From contig NC_058368.1 in NCBI RefSeq assembly GCF_018350175.1, positions 93,622,001-93,686,000 of the forward strand: a stretch of 64,000 nt of DNA, read 5' to 3'. Of this stretch, positions 48,060 to 61,790 are shown one piece after another (within the stretch, counting starts at the first letter, position 1; every line of letters starts with the position of its first letter). Position numbers and translations under genes: made by a program. Origin of the DNA: Felis catus. Its lineage: Eukaryota. The notes beneath the pieces were generated by a model, which was given only the letters and a program-made list of their open reading frames with translations, ran no database searches and was not told the DNA's origin.

Positions 48060-51000
48060 CCAGTTTTAAAACACTGGAATATCTCTCCATTTATTGAGAT
48101 TGTCTTTAACGTCTCTTAGCTATGCTTAATAGCTTTGGGCGTTGGAAGCACTGTACTCCTTTTGGTACATGATTTCTTAATTTCATTTTTGGGTTGCTCA
48201 TTGCTTGCATATAGAAATACAACTAATAATTGCATAATGAACTTGTATCTTGCAATGTTACCAAACTCATTTATTAATTCTAATAGGTTTTATTTGTAGA
48301 TTCCTTCTCATACTATGTATAATTAAACAAGTTTTATTTTCCCTTTCCAAACTTTATACCTTAAATTTATTTTTCTTGCCTTATTACTCTGAATAGCACC
48401 TTCAGCACAATATTAAGTCAACATGACAACAGTGGACACCCTTACCTTATTCCCAATCACAGGAGAGAAGCATTCTGTCTTTAACCATCAAGTACTGATT
48501 TACCTATATTTCACACATTTTCATATGTTGTGTTTTTGTTTTCCTTCAGTGAGAAATATTTTCTAAATTACCCATGTGGTTTCTTCACAAATTCCAAACT
48601 CCTAAATATTTTAGATTTCTCATGTTTCTATACTGACTTCCAATCTAACGCTGTTTTGAACAAAAACCATCCTTTAAATGATTTCTGTTTTTAAAATATA
48701 TTGAGGCTTGGGGTGCCTGGGTGGGTCAGTCGGTTAAGCATCCAACTCTTGGTTTCAGCTCAGGTCGTGATCTCATGGTTTTGTGAATTCAAGCCCCACA
48801 TCAGGGTCTGCGCTGGCAGCTGGGAGCCTGCTTAGGATTCTCTCTCTCCCTCTCTCTCTCTGCCCTTCCCCCACTCACACTGTCTCTGTCTCTCTCAAAA
48901 TAAATAAATAAACTTAAAAAGACTTTTTTAATATATTGAAGCCTTTTTGTGGTCTAACATGTGAGTTAGCAATTTTTTTCTTAATGGGTGAGATATAATT
49001 AAACATTTTATACTTGTAGCCATACAGTCTTTGTGAATAGTGCAGTGACAGGATACGAGCCACCATCAACAATATTAAACAAGTGGGTAATGTTATGTTC
49101 TAATAAATATTTATTTAAAAAAATAGGCAGTGGAATAACCACATGAAAAGATGTTCATCAGTGGGGCACCTGGGTGGCTCAGTTGGTTAAGTGGGTCTTC
49201 TCTTGATTTTGGCTCAGGTCATGATCTTGGGGTTTGTGGGATCAAGCCTCACGTCGGGCTCCAAGTTGACAGCATGAAGCCTGCTTGGGATTCTCTCTCT
49301 CCCTCTCTCTCTCTCCCCCTCCCCCACTCATTTCTCTCCCCCCACCCAAAATAAATAAACTTAAAAATAAGATGTTGAACATCACCAGTCATTAGAGAAA
49401 TACAAATCAAAACCACAATTGATTCTACTTCACATACCTCTTAGGAGAGCTATAATTAAAACAAACAAACAAACAAAACTGGAGAATAAGTGCCAGTGAC
49501 AATATGGAAAAATTGGAACCCATGGCTGCTGCAAATGTAAAATGGTGGAGTCATTTGAGAAACAGTTTGATGATCCTGCCAAAAGTTAAACAAAAAATGA
49601 CCAAAGAACCCAGCAATTCCAATTCTAGTGGTAGACCCCAAAGTACTGAAAACAGAGACATAAACAGATACTTATTCACAAATGTTCACTGCCACACTCT
49701 GTACAATAATCAAAAGATAGAGGGTCACCCGGTGGCTCAGTGAGTTGAGTATCAGACTCTTGGTTTCTGCTCAGGTCATGACCTCACTGTTCATGAGTTC
49801 GAGCCCCATGTCAGGCTCTGCGCTGACAGCATGGAGCCTGCTTTCTATTCTCTCTCTCTCCCTCTCTCTCTGCCCCTCCCCTGCTGACACTTTCTCTCTC
49901 TCTCTCTCTCAAAATAAATAAATAAACTTAAAAAAAAAAGATAGAAACAAGCCACGTGTTGATCCATAGATGAAAGGTAAACAAAGTGTGGTATATACAT
50001 ATAATGGATTATTACTTGGCGATAAAGTGGAATGAACTTCTGATATATGCTACAATATGTCCAATGCTACAGTGGACCTTGAAAACATGCTAAGTGAAAT
50101 AAGCCAGATATAGAAGGTCAAATATTATATGATTTCACATATATGAGATATCTAGAATAAGCCAATTCATAGGGATAGAACGTAGATGAGAGGGGCTGGG
50201 GGCGGGGTAGGGAATGGGGAGTTAACTCTTTAATGGATACAGAGTTTATGTCGGAGAGGATGAAAAGGCTTTGGATGTAGTTAATGGTGATGGGTGCACA
50301 TCATGAATGTAATTAATGCCGCTGAATTGCACACTTAAAAATGGTTTAAGGGGCACCTGGGTGGCTCAGTCAGTTAAGCATCTGACTTCGGCTCAGGTCA
50401 TGATCTCATGGTTCATGGGTTTGAGCCCCACATCAGGCTCTGTGCTAACAGCTTGGAGCCTGGAGCTTGCTTCGGATTCTGTGTTTCCCTCTCTCTCTGC
50501 CCTTCTCCCACTCCCACTCTGTCTCTGTCTCTCTCTCTCTCTCAAAAATGAATTAAAATTTTTTTTCTTTAATGGTTTAAAAAATTTAGGTGGCTGGCCC
50601 TTGGGCTGTAGCTTATTGACCCCAGTCTAGACTATCATCTATGTGAGGCAATATTCCATGTGTGCTTCAAAAGAGCGTGTGTTCTGCTGCTGGTAGAGTG
50701 TTCCACAAATCAGTTAGGTAAGACTGGTTTCTTATGTCTTTGTTCTACTGCTCCTCCTCCTCCTTCTTCTTCTTTTTATTTACTTTATTCTATTTATTTT
50801 ATTTTTGAGAGAGAGACAGAGACAGAGACAGGGAATTTCAAGCAGGTTGTACACTGGTCAGTGCAGAGCCTGATGCAGGGCTTGAACTCATGAACTGTGA
50901 GATCATGACCTGAGCCAAAAGCAAGAGTTGGATGCTCAACCGACTGAGCCACCCAGGCACCCCTCTCTTTTTCTGTCTTCTTTTGTGTTAAATATTTTTT

Positions 51001-51420
51001 AGTATACCTGCCCCCTTCTTCCACTGATTTTTAACAAAACTGTTATTTCGTAGGAGTTATTGCAGGAATTATAATGTAAATATTAACTGGTCACCATCTA
51101 TAATAGGTTAATACTGATTTAAATTCTGGTAAAACATGGCAACTTTACAATACAGTTCCAATCCTCCTTCCTTTATTGTCTATTACATATCCCATCTATA
51201 CATGTTATAAACCCAGCAATACAGTGTTATGATTATCACTTTACACAATCTAACAAAAGACTGTGTTCTTTAAAGAAATTAAGGGAAAAGGAAAAACTGA
51301 TTTACTCACATGTTTATAATATCTGGTGTTCAACATTTCTTGTTATTTGTAAGCATCTCCTTTCATCCTGAAGACTGCTGTGGGGTACCTTGTAAGACAA
51401 CCTATTAGCCATGAACTCCT
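48060..51420. mobile_element. Nested cluster: old L1 (-) containing a MER58-like element, which contains L1 (+), which contains SINEs
   Basis: The two halves of each outer element resume on either side of the inner one. Confidence 0.6.
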
Positions 51421-51729
51421 TCAATCTTTTAATTAATCTGTAAATCCAAACCAATCACAATAAAAATCTCAGTCATTGTCCAGAAACTGGTCACATTAAT
51501 TCTAAAGTTAATTCAAAAGAGAAATGCATGGGGCGCCTGGGTGGCTCAGTTGGTTAAGCATTTGAGGACTTGGCTCAGGTCATGATTTCATGGCTCCTGA
51601 GTTCGAGCCCCGCATCCAGATCTGCACTGTCTAGATTAAAAACCCATGATCAGATTGTACGTGATTTATACTTATTTACTAAATCATACAGGTGACATTT
51701 AGAATCAGGAGTGAAAGGACAGACCGATC

Positions 51730-52960
51730 AAATACTGATGAGAAAAGTCTGTACAACAAAAGATACCAAGATAAAAGGCATGAGACAGACTGGAAGAAAA
51801 TATTTGCAATATACACAACAGATAAAAGGGCAATTTAAGAATACTTAAATAATGTCCCATAAATCAATAAGCAAAAAACGAGTAGCCCAGAAGAAAAATG
51901 GGTAAGGGATATGGACAGATTATCTGTAAATGAGGGAAAACAAATGACTGGTAAACATAAAAAGATGCAGAGCCACAAAAGGCATCAGGGAAACAGAAAT
52001 AAAAACAATGACACGTCACCATTCATTCATTAGATTATCAGAAATTAAAAGGAATTGAAAATACAAATTTTTGTACGAGTGTAAGGAAAGATGTACCTTT
52101 AAGAACTTTCGGCATTGGGTATTGAAACAGCCATTTTGGAGGGCAATTTGGCAACAGAGATCACAGTGTTAAATGAACCAGAAATTCCACTTTTCAGTAT
52201 CTCTTCAGAGAAGCATCTAGCAAGGAAGCATGTATAAATATGTTCGTTGCAACATTGTCTATAATGGTAAATCACTGGAAGAAATTTACTTTTCACTCAT
52301 GAAGGAGTGTTTGGATAATTTATGCTATACTCAATCTCCAGATTCTGTATAGCATACAAATTTTATATATATAAAATATAAAATAATGGAAGCAGCCCAA
52401 GTGCCCATCAATTGATGAATGGATAAAGAAGATGTGGTATGTATTTATACAATGGAATATAATTCAGCCATATAAAAGAACAAAATCTTGTCACTTGCAA
52501 CGACATGGATGGAGCTAAACGAACTAAGTCAGAGAAAGACAGATTCCATATGATTTCACTCATATGTGGAATTTAATAAACAAAATACAGGAGCAAAGCG
52601 GGGGACGGGGAAAGAAAGAATGAAAGAGAGACAAACCAAGAAACAAACTTTTTTTTTAAGAAGTTTTTTTCTAATGTTTATTTATTTTTGAGAGAGAAAG
52701 AATGCATGCAAGTGGGGGAGGAGCAGAGAGAGAGAGTGAGACATAGAATCTGAAGCTGGTTCCAGGCTCTGAGCTGTCAGCACAGAGCCTGATGTGGGGC
52801 CCGAACCCACGAACGACAAGATCATGACCTGAGCCAAAGTCAGACGCCTAACCAACTGAGCCATCCAGGAGCCTCAAGAAACAAATTCTTAGTCATAAAG
52901 AACAAACTGATGGTTACCAGAGGGCAGGTGGGTGGGGAGATGGGTACAATAGGTGATGAT
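51730..52960 (+). mobile_element. LINE-1 ORF2-end/3' UTR fragments with SINE insertion
   Basis: ctggaagaaaatatttgca...gatgaatggataaagaagatgtggtat...atggatggagcta...aacaaactgatggttaccagagg. Confidence 0.75.
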
Positions 52961-53941
52961 GTCGTGATGAGGGTAACACAAGTGATAACAGCCATTCTTG
53001 TCTTATTTCTGACTTTAATGGAGACAGTCTTCTGTAGCTGAAGATTTGTTGGCTTAAGGACTTTGGTTTAATATGCTATATCTGGTTAGGAGGGTTTTTT
53101 CTTTTCCTACTATGCCAAAAAAAGTCTTCTGTATGTTGAATTTTATCAAACGTTTTCTGGGACATCTACTTACATGATTAAAGGGTTTCCATTTTTAATC
53201 TAGCAGTAGAGTTCATTGCATTAGTATAGTTTTTCAATATTGAACCTCTCCTGGTGTAGATTCTGCTTGGTTATCATATATAATCCTATTAACACATTAC
53301 TGAATCTGATATGTTAACGTGTTCTTCAGCATTTTGCTCTAATGTTCCCATCCGTCCCATCTGATCACTCTCTGGTGGCCTAGGGTTCTGCCTGTTCCCT
53401 GTCTCTGACCTTTCTGAGCCAGTGGCGCATTTGAACTCATCTCATTTTCAGGAAGCGGATTTTTTCTGTTAATAAGATTGCATCTATTTTGCATATTTTA
53501 GGGATTCCTTCTAATAATTTCTGGCCTACCCAGTGCACCTGTTTCTGTTTTCTAGTACTATAATGAATTAAAAAAAAAAAAATCTGCCATTTCCAGGAAT
53601 TTGGGATGGGAGGGACAGCAGCCTTTGAATAGGCTGTACTTTCCATCTTCTCCCAAATCCAAGATTGATGCCATTTGTAGGTTCTTGTTGGAACCTGATT
53701 ATTTCTAGTACTCTCTGATTGATTTAAATATCACCACAAACTAGGCACACCTACTTAACATTTTCTTTTCTTTTAATAATGTGCTTTTTGATTTAATCCC
53801 ATAAAATCTTGACTGTCAGGAAGAAAGGTAGTAAGTACCTTGACCAAAGTTACCTGTAATGGAGATATGTCACAATCTGCCTTTCTTACATGGCTTTTAA
53901 TACCCACTTGGGACAAATTCTTAGATTATACCTTCTAATAT

Positions 53942-53943
53942 TT

Positions 53944-53989
<46 letters not shown>
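53942..53989. repeat. (TTTC)12 microsatellite
   Basis: Read directly. Confidence 0.95.
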
Positions 53990-53991
<2 letters not shown>

Positions 53992-55115
53992 TTTCAGAAG
54001 TTTACCATACCTCATCTTTGGCCCAAAGAGGGGAGGCAAATTGCCTTGGGATCGTTTAAGGACAAAGCATTGAGCCTTGCCTTAGAGTTGCCCAAATGAC
54101 AAAGCTTGGAACTGTGTGCACATATCCTCAATTCAGCCTCAATGTGAGATGACAGTAAATAAGACCTTGCCCAAGAGGAAGCCTAGAATGTTCAACCCAG
54201 GCTAGCTGGGGAGCCAGCGACTCCTTAAGACATGCTGCTGCACACACAGCCTTCATTGCCCAAATCCCAATATACCAACAATATCCACTCGCTAACTACG
54301 ACTGACCACCTACTGTGTGCCTGGAGGTGTTGTGGCCATGCAGATTCAGCATCGAACAAGATAAACAAGGTTCTTAAAATATAAATGTCCTCTTAATACC
54401 ATAATGTCTTTCAACAGCTTCAATTTTGTATTAGGCTTTTGGATACTGAGGTAATGCGATCCTGACAGAGAGGGCAGAACCTTTTTTTCCTGCAGGGTAC
54501 ACTGTGAAACAATATACCATTTCTTTCCTAGGAAATGAGATATGCAAACAGATCATGGGTTTGTTTGTCATTAGATATGGCGGAACCATATTGGATGACC
54601 AGCCTTCTCTTAACCAAGGTCCTGACCAGTAACCCACCCCTCACCACCACACTAGGCACATAATGGCATAATTCCTTCGGTAGTGGGGAAGAGGGGGGCA
54701 GGTGGGGAGGGGGGGCGGGTAAGGGGTGCAGGTGGCAGCTTCTGTAGGTAGAGGGAAGGTAAGGTTAAGAGAGAAAACTGCCTCTGATCAATACAGCTGC
54801 GGCATCATCATAAATAATTTAAGCACATCCTCCATTTTTAGTTCTTTGATCTGCTTCTCTCATCATGTGGTGTTACTGCCACAAAAGTTTACTCTTTGTG
54901 AGGCTGAAGAAATGCTCCCGGCACCTCAGTCCTCTTCCGGGGGCAAAGGTCCGCTTTGTTTCCATCCATCTGCCTCATCACTAAGCATCCTGAAGGATCT
55001 CAAACGCACTGCTGCCTTTGAGATGTCACAAGCCAGAGATAAAGGAAGTCATTTACTAGTACTGGTAATAAGCTAAATGGAGTGGCTCCAAGAGCCCTCT
55101 TCTATTCCTTATTTA

Positions 55116-55332
55116 GTTTTTTTTTTTTTAATGTTTATTTATTTTTGAGACAGAGAGAGACAGAGCATGAACGGGGGAGGGTCAGAGAGAGAGGGAGACA
55201 CAGAATCTGAAGCAAGCTCCAGGCTCTGAGCTGTCAGCACAGAGCCTGACGTGGGGCTCGAACTCACGGACCGTGAGATCATGACCTGAGCCGAAGTCGG
55301 ACGCTCAACCGACTGAGCCACCCAGGCGCCCC
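55116..55332 (-). mobile_element. Young felid-type Can-SINE
   Basis: Nearly the same body as the copy at 18440-18650, many CpGs intact. Confidence 0.9.
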
Positions 55333-57689
55333 ACCTTATTTATTTTAGAAGTTTGTTTTGTGAGTGTTGGAGGAAGGGAGATAGGGGGAGGAAGATAGGG
55401 GTACAATTTACAGGATCTCAGATTCAGATCTAGTATTGTTTTTTGGTGGCGGTGAATGAGGAGATAGGGTATATTAAGAGGAATCCATTAGTATAGGATT
55501 GGCTGCTAATTATCTAAACAAGGAGCTGGTTGGCTCTGGCAAAAATGATAAACTGTGTCTCGTGTTCTATTTTGCCACCAAGGCATATCTTAAAAATCTC
55601 CTTGTTGTGCTGGGGTTCCTCAACAAAGTTCATATCTCCATTAATTTGAAGTTAAGAATATTAATAACACCAATATAGGATACTGGTTTATTTATTGATG
55701 AAAGTACTTGCTAAGGCTTGAGCTCGTTGTTCTCTTATAGGGGAGGGAAACACCCAGGAAGAAATTTGCAGAGTAGAAACAAATGCCAAGAAAGGGATTC
55801 TATAAGCATTCTACTATAAAAATAACATTGACTTTGAAAAGCAGGAAGGACAATCTCTTGGCCAGGAGGTAGGCATTTTCACCTGTCCCAGACTACAAGC
55901 CAAGGCAAGGAGAGAAGCTATGCTATATATTTAAAATAATAGATCACCTTTTTATGAATAAGACCGAGGGCACAATACGGAAAGCATGTTGAGAATTGTA
56001 TTTATTAAATTATTCTCTGCCTTTTTGTCTCTGCCATATTTGTTCGCTTTCTACAGAACATTCTCCTCCAGAGTCTTGCTATTCTAGCTGCCTCCTTTCT
56101 CATTGACTCTAATTTACTTCATCTGCTTCTTATCTGGATCCACAGTTGAGTGGAGGCGGTCTGTGTTTATTGTAATTTGAAGTAATTATACTCCATTTCA
56201 AGGCCTCAAACCTCTTTTGTGGTGCCTTCCCCCAGGGCTCACACATGTATCAGACGGTCTCTCGCTGGTGTACCAAAGCTTCTAGGTGCTCTGAGGTTCC
56301 TGGCCGTGGGCTGCGTGTTGGCCAACAGAAGGTGAAGAATTTAATGGTTTGAATGGCTTGTCTAGTGTTGGGAGATAGTGAGAATTAGTAAGGAACTGAA
56401 GACAAACCACACACCCCAGGCATAGCCATAGGCTCTGCCTCTGAATTCATGTCTCTTGATTCACTGTGACATGCAAAATTTTGAATTCTATCAGGGGGAG
56501 CATTTTTATAAATCTTCCATTGTAGAGGAGTCTTCTCTGATTTGCTTCCTAATGTTTCTGGAACACAGTAGTAATATTTATAAATATTTCCTTAGAAAAG
56601 CAATATGGATGGCCACATTAACACAAATAAGAAGAATTATTTTCTGCAAATACATGCATTTTAGAGTTACATCAGCTTGCTAGGGGGAAAGCATTGTATT
56701 TCACAGAGGCACTTCACTGCATGTTGTTTATGCTTAAAAGGGAAAATTATTAATATTTATCTTTCAGCATCCTTATATACAAAAATGCCTAATGTGTTTT
56801 GTTATGTGTAATGTGTACTTCGTCGAAATATTTGCACTTCATAATTCCAAAGAAGAGTTTTAAGTTTCTTTTTGCAATGTAGAAATTTGGTTTATCTGTA
56901 TGAAAAGGCATACTTTCTATTTAACCGTAAAAGTATTCATTGAGTAACAAACTTTAAATAATCAGTTACACATGAGCCCATTATTTTGTTAACAACTAGA
57001 TGAAAATGACTATCACATATAGAGCATCCAACACCTATTAAGCCCACTGAAGTATTTATTGAAGGAATGAATGAATATATCTACTTTACAACTGGAGAAA
57101 CTGAGGTCAGATGAAAGGTTTGGGCCATTATCAAGTATAATATATAACCCAGTTAAGAAATTCTCTAAACAGCTAATTCAAATATTCTTTTCCTTTCTTT
57201 CATTAAAAGGCAAATGAAAGCTTTGGTATTGGACAGTTACTGTTAGGAAGGGAACTCTGAGAGTAATGTCTTGGAAACAAACAAAAGCCTTCAAATTACA
57301 ATTTGAGAATAAAAATATGGAAGGAAATTGTTTTACCTAAAAACTACTTCTGGGGCCCTCACTGGCTCAGTCAGTGGAGTGTGTGGCTCTTGATCTCAGG
57401 GTTGCAGTTTCGAGCCCCACGCTGGGTGTAGGGATTACTTAAAAATAAAATCTTTTGGGGCACCTGGATGGCTTAGTTGGTTCAAGTGTCCGACTCTTGA
57501 TTTCCTCTCAGGTCATGATCTCACCGTTTGTGAGTTTGAGCCCTGCATCGGGCTCTGTGCTGGCATCATGGAGCCTGCTTGGGATTCTCTCTCTCCCTCT
57601 CTCTCTCTGTCTCTCTCTCTCTGTCTCTCTCTCTCAAATAAATAAATAAATAAGTTAACTAATTAATTAATTAAAAACCATAGGTAAAC

Positions 57690-58800
57690 TATTGCAAGTA
57701 CATCAAAATAAAAGGCTTTGGCACAGCAAAAAAAAAAAAAAAAAAATCAACAAAACAAAGACAACCTACTGAATGGGAGAAGATATTTGCAAGTGATATC
57801 CAAAGCACTTATACAACTCAACACCAAAAAACAAACAAACAAACAAACAAACAAAAAAACAACCCACAAAAAAATCCAATTAAAAAATGGGCAGAAGACA
57901 TGAACAGACATTTCTCCAAAGAAGACACCCAGATGCCCAACAGACTCATGAAAAGAATCAACATCACTCATCATCAGGGAAATACAAATCAAAACCACAG
58001 TGAGATATCACCTCACACCTGTCAGCGTGGCTAAAACAAAAAACACATGAAACAAGTGTGGGCAGGGATGCAGAGAAAGAGGAACCCTCCTGTGCTGTCG
58101 GTGGGAATGTAAACTGGTGCGGCCGCTCTGAAAACCAGTGTGGAGGTTCCTCAAAAAGTTGACAGTAGAGTTATCACATAATCCAGTAATGCCACTACTG
58201 GGTATCTTCCCAAAGAATATGAAAACACCAATTCTAAAGGATATATGCAGCCCTATGTGGATTGCGGCACTATTTACAATAACCAAAATATGGAAGCAAC
58301 TCAAGCGTCCATCAACAGAAGAATGGATCAAGATGTGGTTTATACCTACAATGGAATATCGCTCATCCATAAACAGAATGAAATCTTGCCGTCTGCTGCA
58401 ACATGGATGGATCTAGGGTGTATGATGCTAAGTGAAATAAGTCAGAGAAAGACACCATATGACTTCACTCACATGTGGAATTTAAGAAACAAAGCAAACG
58501 AACAAAGCAAAAAAGAGACAAAAAGCAGACCCATAAATGTAGAGAACAAACTGGTGGTTGCCAGAAGGGGAGGTGGATGGGGCGGCAGGGGGGCGGGGGT
58601 GTGGTGGGTGAAATTGGTGAAGGAGATTATGAGCACACTTCTCTCGCCATGAGCTCTGAGTAACATAGAGAATTGTTGAATCACACTGCATCATACGCCT
58701 GAAATTGTAGAACACTGTGAATTAATCATGTTAACTAACTAATAATGTCAAGTACATTGGAGTTAAAAAAAAACTAGAAAATTATATACCATAAATAAAT
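57690..58800 (+). mobile_element. Carnivore LINE-1 3' fragment (degenerate ORF2 C-terminus and 3' UTR)
   Basis: ORF 58138-58416 WRFLKKL..EL...P..PLLGIFPK...AALFTI.K.WKQ..PS..EWI.MW.I.TMEY is the ORF2p C-terminal motif; frame-disrupted. Confidence 0.9.
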
Positions 58801-59214
58801 ACATGAATGGCTAAACGAACAAACAAGCAAACAAATAAATGAATGAATAACTAAAACGCTCTTTACAGATTACACGAAGCGCTTTGGGATACCTGAGTTC
58901 CTCTAGTCCTTCCCAGGGCTCTGAGGCAAAGAGAAGGCTGCAGCTTGTTTGCACTGGCTGGTCATCAGCTTGCCGGCTCAGTGACTGATATCCAAGTTCA
59001 CTGTTCTGATGAGGGCCAGCTGGCTTGGTTCCATTTCACGGCCCTAGACGGCGCAGCAGACGCAGCCCTGGTGAACTGCTCTCTGAACATAATTCCAAGT
59101 TTAAATCAAGTGGGAAAGGACATGAGGAAGTAGAACTTAGCCATGCTCTGGAGAAACCCTAACCCTCTGCCTTCTCCACCTGCCAGCAAGGGCAGGGAGA
59201 TGGGTTGTAATAAG

Positions 59215-59251
<37 letters not shown>

Positions 59252-59443
59252 AGTAACGTCCTGAATTTTTATCCAGAAATCTGAAAAAAGAATTTTTTTC
59301 CCAGCTCGTTCATTCAGAAGCCTTCTGGGTTTTGACTTTAGGATGGTTGTCAGATTATTTCCACGCCAATCTTAATTGAATAAGAATGATCATAGTATGT
59401 TTTGAGCGCTCACTATGGGTCAGGCACTGTTGTAAGGAATTAC

Positions 59444-59603
59444 TGACGGAAGAAATGTAGCTAAAATGAAATTTCCTTTACAACTTGCAGCCCAGGGACA
59501 AGTCCTGGAGACAGGCAGAGTGACATTCCTCGAGGAGTTTCCAACTGCCTTACTGTTAATGCTTTGCTAGGAGGAAAAAAAGCAGCCTTAGCTCAGCAAT
59601 AGC

Positions 59604-59636
<33 letters not shown>

Positions 59637-59884
59637 TCCCAAGTAGGCTCCTGACTCTCAGCACAGAACCAGACGCAGGGCTCAATTTCAAGAACCTTGA
59701 GATCACGACCTGAGCTAAAACCAAGAGTCGGACACTTAACTGACTGAGCCCCCCAGGGGACCCAGTGCAGCTCTTTCTACCCATGAGTCCTATCCCCGGG
59801 CTTTAATAAAAACCCCGTTTTGCACCAAAAACATCTCAAGAATTCATTCCTTGACCATTCGCTCCCAGCCTCCATATCGCATCA
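59444..59884 (+). mobile_element. Solo ERV LTR with internal SINE fragment, inserted in a MIR
   Basis: TG...CA ends, 5-bp TSD ATTAC at 59439-59443 and 59885-59889, AATAAA at 59805-59810. Confidence 0.75.
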
Positions 59885-60794
59885 ATTACACCGTCCCATT
59901 TGGTCTCCAAGAGATTCTATAAGGCGGGGGGGGGGGGGGGGGTGTACTATTAGACTCACCTTTCAGAGACAGTCATCTTGAGTCACTCACAGTGGAATGA
60001 CTTGGCTCAAAGGCACTGAGAGAGACAGCAGCAGAGCCAGGAGAGAGCCCAGGCTCTTAGTCACCACTGGGGATCTGTCACAGTCATAAAGCCTCCACTT
60101 CGAGCCTCCGGCACTCCCCAGGAAGTGGGCATGTTTCTTGGACAAGGTGCCTCCAACCGTAGCCATATTCGTATCACTGGTTCTGCATTCCGGTCTTTCA
60201 TTGCTCACAGAGGCTTATAAAATCCCTGAGGCAGTGTCCTCTGCCAGGCAGGTCAAGCACCAGGTCTGTTTTCCACGCCAGAGGGTGTTGCCTTTTTGGT
60301 CCTTCAGCTAAGCTCACTGTCAAAAGCCCACGAGGGCCTCTAGTCTGTGGCTCTGCGACCACACTGCTCCCCAAACTTTGTTGCTAAGGAGCCATTCCTG
60401 CTGGTGATATCCAACAGGATAAGAAGGACTTCCTCTAATACACGCTGGGATAAAGCCTCATTTCCTTGCTCCTGACAGGCACTATCCATCTAATAATAGC
60501 TTTTTTGTGTGGGGGGCAGGGCAGGTGGGAGAAAAGATGGCAGGGGCGGGGTGGGGGATTTTTAAAAAGGAAAAGGGCAGGGGCACCTGGGTGGCTCAGT
60601 TAGTTAAGATTCCGACTTTGGCTCAGGTCATGATCTCACAGTCCATGAGTTCGAGCCCCGTGTTGGGCTCTGTGCTGACAGCTCAGAGTCTGGAGCCTGC
60701 TTGGGATTCTGTGTCTCTCTGCCCCTCCCCTACTCACACTCTGCCTCTCTCAAAAATAGCTATTAAAACTTTTTTTTTAATAAAATAAGAAGGA

Positions 60795-61790
60795 AAATGG
60801 TATAAAAATGCCTGTACTTTATTTCTGTGACCTTCCTCCCCCAAACCCATAATCCATGTAATATGGAGAAAAACATTAGACACATGCCAGTTGAGGGACA
60901 TTCTACAAGATACCTAATCAGTGATCCTCTGAACTGTCAAAGTCTTCAAGAACAAGGAAAGTCTGGGGCGCCTGGGTGGCTTGGTCTGTTAAGCGTCCGA
61001 CTTCGGCTCAGGTCACGATCTCACGGTCCGTGAGTTCGAGACCCGCGTTGGGCTCTGTGCTGACAGCTCAGAGCCTGGAGCCTGCTTCAGATTCTGTGTC
61101 TCCCTCTCTCTCTGCCCCTCCCCTGTTCATGCCCTGTCTCCCTCTGTCTCAAAAATAAAAGTTAAAAAATAAATAAAAAATAAAGAACAAGGAAAGTCTG
61201 AGAAATTGTCACAGACAAAAGGAGCCATGACGACGAAGCGTAATATGATATCCTGGGTGGGATCCTGGAACAGAAAAACGGACGCCAGGTAAAACTTAAG
61301 GAAATCAAATATAGTTAATAATAATGCATTAATATTGGCTAATTAAGGGACTCCTGGGTAGCTCAGTCAGTTAAGCATTAGACTCTTGGTTTCAGCTCAG
61401 GTCGTGATTTCACAGTTCATGAGTTTGAGCCCCGAATGAGGCCCTGCGCTGAAAGCGCGGATCCCATTGGGATTTCTCCTCCCTGTCTCTCTGCCCCTCC
61501 CTGGCTTGCTCTCTCTCTCAAAAAATAAATAAACAAGCATGTACCACAACAAAGGTACCACAACAAATGTCACATGTTAATAAGAGGAAAAACTGGGGTG
61601 CCCGGCTCGCTCAGTCACAGGCCTGTGACTCTTGATCTCGGAGGTTTAAGTTCAAGCCCCACGTTGGTGTAGAGATTACTTAAAAAATAAAAATCTTTAA
61701 AAACAATAGGGGAAACTGGATGGAGACTGGGAACTCAATACTATCTTTGCAATTTTTCTATAAGTCTAAAACTTCTAAAATAAAAAGTTT
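60795..61790 (+). mobile_element. Old L1M (L1MC/MD-like) 3' end split by three SINEs
   Basis: ctgtgaccttcctccccaaacccataat...gatcctggaacagaaaa...ctatctttgcaatttttctataagtctaaa. Confidence 0.6.

Noticed and set aside
57718..58715. ORFs with reverse-transcriptase-element similarity
   Set aside because: Truncated, frame-broken L1 ORF2 end; not an active element or host gene.
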